DNA of 64,000 nt from Candidatus Parcubacteria bacterium. GTDB taxonomy: Bacteria > Patescibacteriota > Minisyncoccia > Phycocordibacterales > PALSA-1337. Location of the stretch: positions 5,246 to 69,245 of the forward strand of contig JAQBQT010000011.1 of the NCBI GenBank assembly GCA_028286835.1, written 5' to 3'. Shown here piece by piece: positions 9,174-17,687 of this stretch. Made by a program: the position numbers and the translations under genes. The notes beneath the pieces are model-generated. The model had not been told where the DNA came from, made no database searches, and saw nothing but the letters and a program-made list of their open reading frames with translations. Position 1 is the stretch's first letter, and every line of letters begins with the position of its first letter.

Positions 9174-12100
9174 TTATTCGGCGTCAACGATCTTCGGCTT
9201 GCTGATAAGTTCGACATTCAATGCCAATCCGCGGAGGGTCTTCAAAAGGACATTAAAGGATGCTGGCAAATTCGGTGCGCGGAGGCGTTCGCCCTTCACG
9301 ATGGCGTCGAAGGTCTGCGAACGGCCGACAATATCGTCGGACTTCACCGTCAGGATCTCGCGCAGAGTATGCGCTGCACCGTGGCCGAGGAGAGCCCAGA
9401 CTTCCATTTCTCCGAAGCGCTGGCCGCCGCCCTGGGCCTTGCCGCCGAGAGGCTGCTGGGTGATGAGGGAGTAAGGACCGATGGAACGCATGTGGATCTT
9501 GTCTTCGACCATGTGATGAAGCTTGAGGATATACATGTATCCGACGGCTACGACCTGGTCGAAGTGCTCGCCTGTGCGTCCGTCGCGGAGCTTCATCTTG
9601 CCGGAGGCATCGTAGCCTGCCTTGACGAGCTCTTCCTTGATCTCGGCTTCGGTCGCGCCGGTGAACGGCGGAACGATGGCCTGATATCCCAGGGAGTTCG
9701 CTGCGAGACCAAGGTGCAATTCGAGGATCTGGCCGAGGTTCATGCGGCTCGGAACACCGAGTGGCGTGAGGATCACGTCGACTGGCGTGCCGTCTTCCAT
9801 GTACGGCATGTCTTCTTCCGGAAGGATCTTGGAGATGACACCCTTGTTGCCGTGGCGTCCGGCCATCTTGTCACCGACAGAGACATTGCGGACTTCTGCG
9901 ACTTCGATGTAGATCTTCTTGATGATGCCCGATTCGAGCTTGTCGCCGCGCTCGCGTGAGAACACTTTGACTGAAATGACGCGGCCGCGCTTGCCGTTCT
10001 CCATGCGCTTCGATGTGTCTTTGACGTCGCGTGCCTTCTCGCCGAAGATGGAGCGGAGGAGGCGCTCTTCAGGAGTGAGCTGCGTCTCGCCTTTCGGTGA
10101 GATCTTGCCCACGAGGATATCGCCCGGGCGGACTTCTGCGCCGATGCGGACTATGCCCTCTTCCGTGAGATTCTTGAGCTTGGCTTCGCCGACGTTCGGG
10201 ATGTCGCAGGTCGTGACTTCCGGACCCAGCTTGGTGTCGCGGACGTTGACGACGAACTCTTCGATATGGACGGAGCTCCACTTGGAGTTCTTGACGACGC
10301 GCTCCGAAAGGATGATGGCGTCTTCGTAGTTGTTTCCGGACCATGACATGAATGCGATCAGAGCGTTGTGGCCGAGAGCGATCTCGCCGTTGTCTGACGT
10401 TGAAGTGTCAGCGAGAACCTGGCCCTTCTTCACCTTATCGCCGACAGAAACGATCGGGCGCTGATGGAAGGCTGTGAAGCCGTTGGTGCGCTGGAAAAGG
10501 ACGAGATCGTACTCGCGCTTCTTGCCGGACTTCTTGCCGTGGAATGTGATCTTCTTGGCGTCGACGGCTGTGATCTCGCCTTCTTCAGGGGCGACGATGA
10601 TGCGGCCTGTGTCGAGAACGGCTTTGTGCTCCATGCCTGTGGCGACGAACGGAGCTTCCGGAACAAGGCACGGCGTGGCTTGGCGGAGCATGTTCGATCC
10701 CATCAATGCGCGGTTGGCATCGTCATGGTTGAGGAACGGGATGAGGGACGTTGCGATAGAAAAGGCCTGGTTGGTCGCGACGTCGATGAAATCCACGTCG
10801 GTGATCTTGGCGAGAGAAGGCTTGCCGTTGATGCGGACCTCTACTTCGTCGCCTTCGATGGTACCGTCTTCGGCGCGCGCCATGGCGGCATGGGCGATTC
10901 GGAAGTTCTCTTCCTCAAGGGCGTTGAGGTAGACGATCTCCTTCGTGACTTTGCCGTTCTTGACCTTGGCATACGGAGTCTCGATCATGCCGAAATCGTT
11001 GATGCGGGCATATGTGGTGAGGCGGAGCACGAGACCGATGTTCGGACCTTCAGGGGTGTGGATCGGGCAGAGGCGGCCGTAGTGGGACGGGTGAACGTCG
11101 CGGACTTCGAAGCCTGCGCGCTCGCGTGAAAGGCCTCCGGGACCGAGGGCAGTCAGAGTGCGGAGATTCTCGATCTCGCCGAGCGTGTTGGTCTGTTCCA
11201 TGAACTGGGACAGCTGGTTCGTTGAGAAGAATTCCTTGATGCGGGCCTGGAGAGGGCGCGGGTATATGAATGAGACAGGCATGGTGACATCCGGTTCGAT
11301 CGTGGACATCTTGTCCTGGATGTTTCGCTTCATCTGCGAAAGGCCTAGGCGGACACGCTGTTCGAGGAGCTCTCCTACGTAGCGGACGCGGCGGCTTCCG
11401 AGGTGGTCGATGTCATCAGCCTGCATGTCAGGGGTGATATTGAGCATGACGATGTGAATGATCGCGGTCGCAAGATCATCGACGTCGAGCGTGCGGCGTT
11501 CGAGAGCCTTCTCGTCCATGGACTTTCCGAAGCGCTTGTTGAAGCGAAAACGGCCCACGCGCGAGAGGTCGTAGCGGTCCTGGTTGAGGAGGGTCTGTAT
11601 GAATGAGCGGGCGTTGTCCGGAGTGGCCAGATCGCCGTCGCGGAGGCGCTTGTGGATCTCTATGTATGCCTCTTCGGGGGTCTTGGCATGATCCTTGGCG
11701 AGCGTGAGCTCCATGATCTTGCGGGCCTCTTCGTTGCCCTTGAAGAGATCCATGATCTTGGCGTTGGTGTCTGCGCCGGTGATGCGGAGGAGCGATGTGA
11801 CCGGGAACTTGCGCTTCCTGTCGATCCTGCAATAGACGGTGCCGTCGGTGTCGGTCTCGATCTCCATCCAAACGCCGCGGGCCGGAATGATCTTGGCGCC
11901 GAAGTAGTTCTTGCCCTTCGTTTCCGTAGCCGTGAAGAAAATGCCGAATGAGCGGGCGAGCTGAGGGACGATGACGCGCTCGACGCCATTGATGATGAAC
12001 GTGCCGTGATCGGTCATGAGCGGCAGGTCAGCAAGGAACATCTCCTGCTCCTTGACCACATTCAAGGATTTGTTCTTCAGGATGACGCGGATCTTGAGCT

Positions 12101-12365
12101 GACCCTCGTAGTTGAGCTTGTTCTCCTTCGCGTAGTGCTCGCCGAACTTCGGGCGGATGAGCTCGATGCCTCCCATCGAGAGCTCGAACTTCTTCTCGGC
12201 ATAGTCCTTGATCGGAGAGAACTCCTTGAGGAGGTTCGGCAATCCCCTTTCAACGAGATCGGTGAAAGAGAGGAGCTGGGACTCCACGAGATGCGGCATC
12301 TCTGTGAGCGGCTCCTGATATCGTGCGAAATACTTCTTTGGGCGCGGACCTGTTTGGATATGCAT
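9174..12365 (-). CDS. rpoB: RNA polymerase beta subunit
   Basis: GTFIINGVERV, RDVHPSHYGRLCPIHTPEGPNIG, GDKMAGRHGNKG, GGQRFGEMEVWAL. Confidence 0.99.
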   Translation of the reverse strand: MHIQTGPRPKKYFARYQEPLTEMPHLVESQLLSFTDLVERGLPNLLKEFSPIKDYAEKKFELSMGGIELIRPKFGEHYAKENKLNYEGQLKIRVILKNKSLNVVKEQEMFLADLPLMTDHGTFIINGVERVIVPQLARSFGIFFTATETKGKNYFGAKIIPARGVWMEIETDTDGTVYCRIDRKRKFPVTSLLRITGADTNAKIMDLFKGNEEARKIMELTLAKDHAKTPEEAYIEIHKRLRDGDLATPDNARSFIQTLLNQDRYDLSRVGRFRFNKRFGKSMDEKALERRTLDVDDLATAIIHIVMLNITPDMQADDIDHLGSRRVRYVGELLEQRVRLGLSQMKRNIQDKMSTIEPDVTMPVSFIYPRPLQARIKEFFSTNQLSQFMEQTNTLGEIENLRTLTALGPGGLSRERAGFEVRDVHPSHYGRLCPIHTPEGPNIGLVLRLTTYARINDFGMIETPYAKVKNGKVTKEIVYLNALEEENFRIAHAAMARAEDGTIEGDEVEVRINGKPSLAKITDVDFIDVATNQAFSIATSLIPFLNHDDANRALMGSNMLRQATPCLVPEAPFVATGMEHKAVLDTGRIIVAPEEGEITAVDAKKITFHGKKSGKKREYDLVLFQRTNGFTAFHQRPIVSVGDKVKKGQVLADTSTSDNGEIALGHNALIAFMSWSGNNYEDAIILSERVVKNSKWSSVHIEEFVVNVRDTKLGPEVTTCDIPNVGEAKLKNLTEEGIVRIGAEVRPGDILVGKISPKGETQLTPEERLLRSIFGEKARDVKDTSKRMENGKRGRVISVKVFSRERGDKLESGIIKKIYIEVAEVRNVSVGDKMAGRHGNKGVISKILPEEDMPYMEDGTPVDVILTPLGVPSRMNLGQILELHLGLAANSLGYQAIVPPFTGATEAEIKEELVKAGYDASGKMKLRDGRTGEHFDQVVAVGYMYILKLHHMVEDKIHMRSIGPYSLITQQPLGGKAQGGGQRFGEMEVWALLGHGAAHTLREILTVKSDDIVGRSQTFDAIVKGERLRAPNLPASFNVLLKTLRGLALNVELISKPKIVDAE

Positions 12366-12385
12366 GTGGATAAGATTGTGGATAA
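12365..12385 (-). promoter_or_regulatory. Two tandem perfect DnaA boxes (TTATCCACA) abutting the rpoB start codon
   Basis: TGTGGATAA on the + strand at 12365-12373 and 12377-12385. Confidence 0.7.
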
Positions 12386-12458
12386 CCTGTTTATAAAAAC
12401 GAACCGATCTCTTTCACACTCTTTATTTTTCCCTCTCGATCTCTCAAAACCGCCGACG

Positions 12459-12497
12459 CAAAAAACGCAAAAGCCGTTCTCCAGGGACGGGAACGGT
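12459..12497 (-). terminator. Attenuator-like hairpin plus U-rich tract in the rpoB 5' leader
   Basis: Minus strand ACCGTTC-CCGTCCCTGGA-GAACGGC-TTTTGCGTTTTTT. Confidence 0.5.
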
Positions 12498-12600
12498 GCG
12501 GAATTTGAATTACCTCAAATGTTTTGACACTGGTAGGACTAATGATGAACCTTTCTAATCCTTCAACTATAGGCAGAACTCACTCGGTGAAGTTATTGAT

Positions 12601-12629
12601 ACCCTAGCAAATAGCCAAAGTTAAGTCAA
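12601..12629 (-). promoter_or_regulatory. Putative sigma-70 promoter for rpoBC
   Basis: TTGACT-N17-TAGGGT with an extended TG, about 230 nt upstream of the rpoB ATG. Confidence 0.55.
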
Positions 12630-12640
12630 TAGGATAATTC

Positions 12641-13342
12641 CTACTTCCCCTTCTTTCCCTTCAATTTCCACTCATCTATGAGCGCATGGTTCCCCCCGAG
12701 CAGTACTTTCGGCACTTTGTACTTTTTGCCCTTGAATTCAAGGACTTCGGGACGGGTATACACGTCTGAGCTGGCTATGCGGGATTCTTCGATAGAAAGG
12801 TCGTCGCCGAGGACTCCAGGGATGCGTCGCGATACGGTATCGATGACTATCATGGCCGGAAGCTCGCCGCCGGTAAGCGTGTAAGGACCGACCGAAACCG
12901 GCATGGTCTTGAAAGCCTGATTCACGCGGGCATCGATGCCTTCATAGCGTCCGCAGATAAGGACGATGTCGGTAAGGGTCTTGAATGAGTCGGCAGCGGC
13001 ATTCGAGAACTGTTCGCCGGCCGGGCTGAAGAAAAGTATCTTCACTTTCTTGGCCGAAGCCGCCTTAGCAAGCTTCTTGCCCACCGCCTTGTCGATGGCC
13101 TTCAAGATCGGCAGCGCTTCGATGACCATTCCTGGACCGCCTCCATATGGGCGCTTGTCCACGCGGCGATCGGCAAAACTGAGTTTGTCAGCCTTCTTGC
13201 CTTTCGGGACTGCGACAAAATCGCGCGGGTTGTAGCACTTCACCGAAATAAGCCCGCGCTCGCCTGCGCGCCTCACGATGGAAGCATTCAGGTACGATTC
13301 GAGGCTTTCGGGAAAAAGCGTTATGACATGAAACGTGATCAT
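12641..13342 (-). CDS. trmD: tRNA (guanine-N1)-methyltransferase
   Basis: FHVITLFPE, VDKRPYGGGPGMV, LICGRYEGIDAR, LTGGELPAM, YTRP, VPKVLLGGNH. Confidence 0.97.
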   Translation of the reverse strand: MITFHVITLFPESLESYLNASIVRRAGERGLISVKCYNPRDFVAVPKGKKADKLSFADRRVDKRPYGGGPGMVIEALPILKAIDKAVGKKLAKAASAKKVKILFFSPAGEQFSNAAADSFKTLTDIVLICGRYEGIDARVNQAFKTMPVSVGPYTLTGGELPAMIVIDTVSRRIPGVLGDDLSIEESRIASSDVYTRPEVLEFKGKKYKVPKVLLGGNHALIDEWKLKGKKGK

Positions 13343-13359
13343 GCCGCTACTCTAGCATA

Positions 13360-13779
13360 TTACCGGGCGTTGGGAACTTGAGCGGGCTGATGAGCTAAAA
13401 ACTTACGATCGAGCGACAGCATGTCCGCGCCTGCGCAGAATATTGAGAATGTCGCGGCAGCGAGACCGATATCGCGGACTCCGACCGGAGAAATGCCGAT
13501 GGTTGCAGCGATCCCAACAAGATGGAGGGCGAGAAGGAGCGCTGCTATGCGGGTTTGGAAGCCGACGAAAAGAGCGAGACCGAATATAAGCTCGAACCAG
13601 GCATTCAAGAGAACAAGGAGTACGGCATTGCCGCCGAACAAGGCGACCACGCCCTGAGGCACATACCCTGTCCACGCGGAAGGATCAGAGAACTGGCTGA
13701 AGCTGAAGTAAAAGAACACCAGGCTCATGCCGATGCGGACGACAACTGGTGCGTATGCGGTTAGGCGTGATGTATTCAT
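13360..13779 (-). CDS. DoxX-family membrane protein
   Basis: Four hydrophobic segments with the RIG..FF, ELIFGLAL.VG..TRIAA, RDIGL and SLD pattern. Confidence 0.8.
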   Translation of the reverse strand: MNTSRLTAYAPVVVRIGMSLVFFYFSFSQFSDPSAWTGYVPQGVVALFGGNAVLLVLLNAWFELIFGLALFVGFQTRIAALLLALHLVGIAATIGISPVGVRDIGLAAATFSIFCAGADMLSLDRKFLAHQPAQVPNAR

Positions 13780-13788
13780 GTGTTGGAA

Positions 13789-14253
13789 CTATTTAACCAA
13801 AGCACCGATGTAGAACGTGGCGAGTTCGGACGCAGGACGTCGTTCTCCCCCGTGCTGTCCATTGAAAGCAGACGAGCCGTCTTTGCCACACAGGCTTAGG
13901 ATCGGATTCTGACCTCCCGGATGCTGATTGATCCATGAAGTCACGTCGTAGACCTTGCCGTTGATGGCTGTCCAGCAGCTAGATGCATTCGTGTGCGCTG
14001 AAACATCCGCCATACTGTACGTCTTGCCCTGAGAAACGCCGGTGCCCACTGTCGCTCCTGCGGAAACACCGCTCGTGTCAGCAGTCGTGGCATTCGGATT
14101 GCCCGCATTCGGGTTCAATGTCTCTGAGCCTGCTGAAGTGCCGCCGGTGAATGGCGAAACGCCACCGTTTGAAGCCTGCTTATTTGAAACGACAATGGCG
14201 ATTGCTCCGATAATAAGTACAGCGATGATAGCGAGAGTGATTTTTGTTCTCAT
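13789..14253 (-). CDS. Membrane-anchored cytochrome b5-like heme-binding protein
   Basis: N-terminal TM helix, S/T/G linker, H..ASSCWTAINGKVYDVT.W..QHPGG...GKDGS.AF..QH. Confidence 0.9.
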   Translation of the reverse strand: MRTKITLAIIAVLIIGAIAIVVSNKQASNGGVSPFTGGTSAGSETLNPNAGNPNATTADTSGVSAGATVGTGVSQGKTYSMADVSAHTNASSCWTAINGKVYDVTSWINQHPGGQNPILSLCGKDGSSAFNGQHGGERRPASELATFYIGALVK

Positions 14254-14286
14254 GTGTAATTGATGAAATAAAATGAAGTAAACAGG

Positions 14287-14673
14287 CTATTCTAATTTCA
14301 GATCTGCCATGGCTTCGTCCACAGTCTTTGATGCAGATTGGCCTGATGAGCGTGACGGGGCTTCCGATGAGGAAGACTGCGATGAACCTGAGCCCATGTT
14401 GCCCATATTCTCTGGCGAACGGAGGCCGCCGGCAGGTTCGTTGATCTTCAGATTCACGCGCGAGTTGTTCTTCATGCCGACGACGCGGAGAAGGGTACGG
14501 ATGGACTTGGCCGTGTTGCCCTGGCGTCCGATGATCTTGCCCATATCGGCTGCGGAAATATCCAAAGTGAGGAGCACGCCCATCTCGTCGACGGAGCGGA
14601 TGATTTTGACCTCTTCAGGATTGTCTACCAAAGCTTTTATAACGTATTCGAGGAATTGCTGGTCTTGAGGCAT
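14287..14673 (-). CDS. khpA: KH-domain RNA-binding protein KhpA
   Basis: FLEYVIKALVDNPEEV, DMGKIIGRQG.TAKSIRTLL; located directly downstream of rpsP. Confidence 0.92.
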   Translation of the reverse strand: MPQDQQFLEYVIKALVDNPEEVKIIRSVDEMGVLLTLDISAADMGKIIGRQGNTAKSIRTLLRVVGMKNNSRVNLKINEPAGGLRSPENMGNMGSGSSQSSSSEAPSRSSGQSASKTVDEAMADLKLE

Positions 14674-14729
14674 ATGTGTAGTGCTAGCTTATCTGTTAAA
14701 TCGTACAGACAATATCCTGTACTGCTAAA

Positions 14730-14757
14730 ATTGTAGCAGATACTGAAGGGGCGTCAA
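14730..14757 (-). promoter_or_regulatory. Putative sigma-70 promoter for khpA
   Basis: TTGACG-N16-TACAAT with extended TGn. Confidence 0.6.
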
Positions 14758-14771
14758 AGCCTATAGTAATA

Positions 14772-15125
14772 CTATGCTGTTGCGGCCTGTGGTGCAGGAG
14801 CAGTGGCGGCGGCCGGAGCTGCGGCTGCATCCCCTTCTTTTTTGATAGGAGTCTTCTTTGGGAGAGCGTTGACCTTCTTGCCGGCGATGGCCTTCTGGTG
14901 GACGAGGAAATTATGGAGCGTGACGGAAAGCTGCGCGCCCTGGGATATCCAGCGCTTTATCTCCTCCACTTCGAGCTGATCGAGTGTGTTCTTGCGGCGA
15001 GTATCGTACCAGCCGAGGTTCTTGAGGTATTTGCCGCTCTTAGGGCCGTTCTTTGAGTCGGTCAAAACGACACGAAACGTTGGTTCGTGCTTGCGGCCTA
15101 CGCGTTGGAGCCTGATCATTAGCAT
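14772..15125 (-). CDS. rpsP: 30S ribosomal protein S16
   Basis: MLMIRLQRVGRKHEPTFRVVLTDS...LGWYD...WISQGAQLS; Ala/Pro-rich tail; start moved to 15125. Confidence 0.96.
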   Translation of the reverse strand: MLMIRLQRVGRKHEPTFRVVLTDSKNGPKSGKYLKNLGWYDTRRKNTLDQLEVEEIKRWISQGAQLSVTLHNFLVHQKAIAGKKVNALPKKTPIKKEGDAAAAPAAATAPAPQAATA

Positions 15126-15179
15126 GCGAAGGACTTTACCAGATTGCGGAATAGAACGCAACATTGGTATACTGCGGCC

Positions 15180-15872
15180 ATGAAAATATTGATAGTCGAA
15201 GATGATCGGAACATGGCCCAAGTCGTCAAAGACAGCCTGACGGCTTACTCCCATACCGTCGACATTTCAAGCGACGGGGCTGACGGCTCATTCCTCGCAC
15301 GAAGCTACGAATACGACGCGATCGTCCTCGACTACAATCTCCCGAAGAAAGACGGTCTGGCCATCTGCCGCGAGATACGCGCCGCGGGCAAGACCACTCC
15401 GATCATATTCATGTCGGTGACGGATGATCCGACGACTAAGATAGCGGCCCTGCGCCAGGGCGCGGATGATTACATCACCAAGCCTTTTTCCCTTGAAGAA
15501 TTGAGGGCCCGCCTCGATGCGGTCTCACGCCGCTCGCCTGTTATTAAGCAGGCTTCCCTTCGGGTGGGCGATCTGTTCCTCGATTCGAGCATGCACAAGG
15601 CGACGCGCTCAGACTCGACCATCCAGCTCACCCGCAAGGAGTTCCATATGCTCGAATACTTCATGCAGAATGCAGGCACCATCCTTTCGCGCGCCCAGCT
15701 CATGGAGCATATCTGGACCGCAGACGGGAATCCGTTCTCGAATACCGTCGAAGCGCACATACGCAACCTCAGGAAGAAGCTTAACGCCGACGGGGCAGCG
15801 AATCTCATCATCAATGTGCCTGGAAGAGGCTACATCCTCGATAGCCCGGAAAATCTCGCGCGCTTCAAATAG
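15180..15872 (+). CDS. OmpR/PhoB-family DNA-binding response regulator (no adjacent kinase)
   Basis: MKILIVEDD, LDYNLP phosphoacceptor, GADDYITKPF, wHTH LTRKEF...SNTVEAHIRNLRKKL...VPGRGY. Confidence 0.95.
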   Translation: MKILIVEDDRNMAQVVKDSLTAYSHTVDISSDGADGSFLARSYEYDAIVLDYNLPKKDGLAICREIRAAGKTTPIIFMSVTDDPTTKIAALRQGADDYITKPFSLEELRARLDAVSRRSPVIKQASLRVGDLFLDSSMHKATRSDSTIQLTRKEFHMLEYFMQNAGTILSRAQLMEHIWTADGNPFSNTVEAHIRNLRKKLNADGAANLIINVPGRGYILDSPENLARFK

Positions 15873-15911
15873 AAAACGCTCCCAAGCAGGATTGCGATCG
15901 ACATTTTATTA

Positions 15912-15981
15912 TTTTTTGAATCTTTCTTCACGAAGATTTTAACTTTTCTTCACCGGGATTTGATGGCCCGACTGCTACGCT
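15912..15981 (+). promoter_or_regulatory. Phased direct repeats (TTTCTTCAC x2, 22 bp apart) and an extended -10-like TGCTACGCT
   Basis: TTTCTTCAC at 15923-15931 and 15945-15953, with weaker copies in 11-bp phase; TACGCT at 15976-15981. Confidence 0.45.
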
Positions 15982-15985
15982 TGGC

Positions 15986-16108
15986 ATGGTTATGTGTCGA
16001 CATAGCCATTATCAATCAAGGTATGATCATTCCCACGGCTTCTTCCTGAGGCGTCGATGTGTTTTCTGCGCTTTTGTCATGACGGCAGCCATGCGAAAGC
16101 AGCCGTGA
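15986..16108 (+). CDS. Putative 40-aa Cys/His microprotein (CxH...CxxC)
   Basis: Manual translation MVMCRHSHYQSRYDHSHGFFLRRRCVFCAFVMTAAMRKQP*; shorter than anything in the ORF track. Confidence 0.45.
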   Translation: MVMCRHSHYQSRYDHSHGFFLRRRCVFCAFVMTAAMRKQP

Positions 16109-16145
16109 GCCGTGCGGAATTCATCGCGCGGCTTTCGGCGTTGGC

Positions 16146-16919
16146 TTATTTCTTCTTCCCTTCCTGCTGGACATCGCGAGCCGCCTTGCGGTAGTTGCAA
16201 TAGTCGCAGAGCGATGCCGGCTTCGGAGGAGTCGGCGCTTCCAGGCACTTCCTCATGTCCATAAGTGTCTTCTCCACCCAGGAATCGTCGCCTTTATACG
16301 GAATGATGTCCACGTCGAATTCGAGCTTTGCGTCGAATGCCTTGCGATCCGTCTTACCGTTGCAATAGACGAAATATCCGGTATCGGAGACTTTCAAATC
16401 GTTCTTTCGGAGGAGCCATTGATAGACTTCCATCTGGCGCTTGTATCCGATCTGCCATTCGCTGTCGAGATTGACCTTGGATTCTTTGCTTGTCGCTTTA
16501 TAGTCCACGACGATGAGCTCTCCCTTTCCGTTGATCCACACATCATCGACTCCACCGGTCACATTGAAATTGGTAGGTTCGTGCACGAATGTGACGCCGC
16601 GCTTCAGAGCGTCGCGCCATGCTTCCATCCTGGAATCGGCGTACGGCACGACATCCTTGAGTCCGAATGCCTCCATGAGCGGATGAGCTGATTTTGCGGC
16701 GCGATGGATATCGAACTCCTTCTTGAGGAGCGTATCGACAGCGCTGTTGAGGTTGAACGGGAAGCCTGGCGGACGGGCTACGCCCATCTTGCGATCCAGA
16801 TAGAAGCAGAGCGGGCAGTTCAGGAATAGGTCGATCTTGGAACGGCTTATGCGAAAAGGCTCTGCTCCTTCCGGATCGTAGAGGCCTTTGGTTCTGCGGG
16901 GGTTGTAATAATCAGACAT
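16146..16919 (-). CDS. PD-(D/E)XK nuclease superfamily protein (RecB/Cas4-like)
   Basis: ISRSKIDLFLNCPLCFY, GGVDDVW, IVVDYKAT, QMEVYQWLL, C-terminal CDYC. Confidence 0.88.
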   Translation of the reverse strand: MSDYYNPRRTKGLYDPEGAEPFRISRSKIDLFLNCPLCFYLDRKMGVARPPGFPFNLNSAVDTLLKKEFDIHRAAKSAHPLMEAFGLKDVVPYADSRMEAWRDALKRGVTFVHEPTNFNVTGGVDDVWINGKGELIVVDYKATSKESKVNLDSEWQIGYKRQMEVYQWLLRKNDLKVSDTGYFVYCNGKTDRKAFDAKLEFDVDIIPYKGDDSWVEKTLMDMRKCLEAPTPPKPASLCDYCNYRKAARDVQQEGKKK

Positions 16920-16941
16920 GGAGACATGTTATCACATGGAT

Positions 16942-16978
16942 AAAAAATAGGCGCTTCGATCGAGAAGCACCTATTTTT
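16942..16978. terminator. Intrinsic terminator after the cyclophilin gene
   Basis: AAAAAATAGGCGCTTC-GATCGA-GAAGCACCTATTTTT. Confidence 0.75.
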
Positions 16979-16997
16979 AGCGACAGCACTATCTATA

Positions 16998-17684
16998 TTA
17001 CTTTGTCGCAACCGTAACGGATGTCATCGTTATCGGAGTGACTGGCTTGTCATTGGCGCCCGTCTCGGTGGCTGCGATAGCGTCTACCACGTCCATTCCT
17101 GAGATAACTCTGCCGAAGATCGTGTAGTTGTGAGGCAAAGCCTGATCCTTATGCATGATGAAGAATTGGCTGCCATTGGTGTTCGGTCCGGCGTTAGCCA
17201 TGGCTACCGTGCCGCGGACATACCCCTCCTTATATGATTGAGTTGCGGCGTTGAGTTCGTCTGCGAACTTATAGCCAGGGCCGCCCGTGCCTGTACCCGT
17301 CGGATCTCCGCCCTGGATCATGAAGCCCGAAATGACGCGATGGAATATCGTGCCGTTATAGAAGCCCTTGTTCGCGAGCGTGATGAAATTCTCAACAGTC
17401 TTCGGAGCATCGGCGTCATATGTCTCGAAGACGATAGTGCCCTTGTTGGTCTTGATGGTGATGGTATGCATGAAATTTTTGACTGATGAAGCATTATTAG
17501 TAGTAGTGGAAGCAGGGGTAGGCGTGACTGTTGCAGGCGAAGCGGAAGTATCAGCAGGCGGCGTCGACGTGGAATACGCGTCTGAAACGACGGAAAGCGG
17601 CGGATGCCTGCGGTCGAGCGAGAACCAGGCGATCCCTATAATGATAATGGCGACGATGATGGTCCAGATATTTTTTGTTCTCAT
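16998..17684 (-). CDS. Membrane-anchored cyclophilin-type peptidyl-prolyl isomerase
   Basis: [49 protein letters not shown]; N-terminal TM helix. Confidence 0.96.
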   Translation of the reverse strand: MRTKNIWTIIVAIIIIGIAWFSLDRRHPPLSVVSDAYSTSTPPADTSASPATVTPTPASTTTNNASSVKNFMHTITIKTNKGTIVFETYDADAPKTVENFITLANKGFYNGTIFHRVISGFMIQGGDPTGTGTGGPGYKFADELNAATQSYKEGYVRGTVAMANAGPNTNGSQFFIMHKDQALPHNYTIFGRVISGMDVVDAIAATETGANDKPVTPITMTSVTVATK

Positions 17685-17687
17685 AGA

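Noticed and set aside
12365-12640. Replication origin suggested by the DnaA boxes
   Set aside because: Only two boxes, no dnaA or dnaN nearby, and no clear DUE or DnaA-trio array
16146-16919. CRISPR-associated Cas4
   Set aside because: No repeat-spacer array or other cas genes seen in the window
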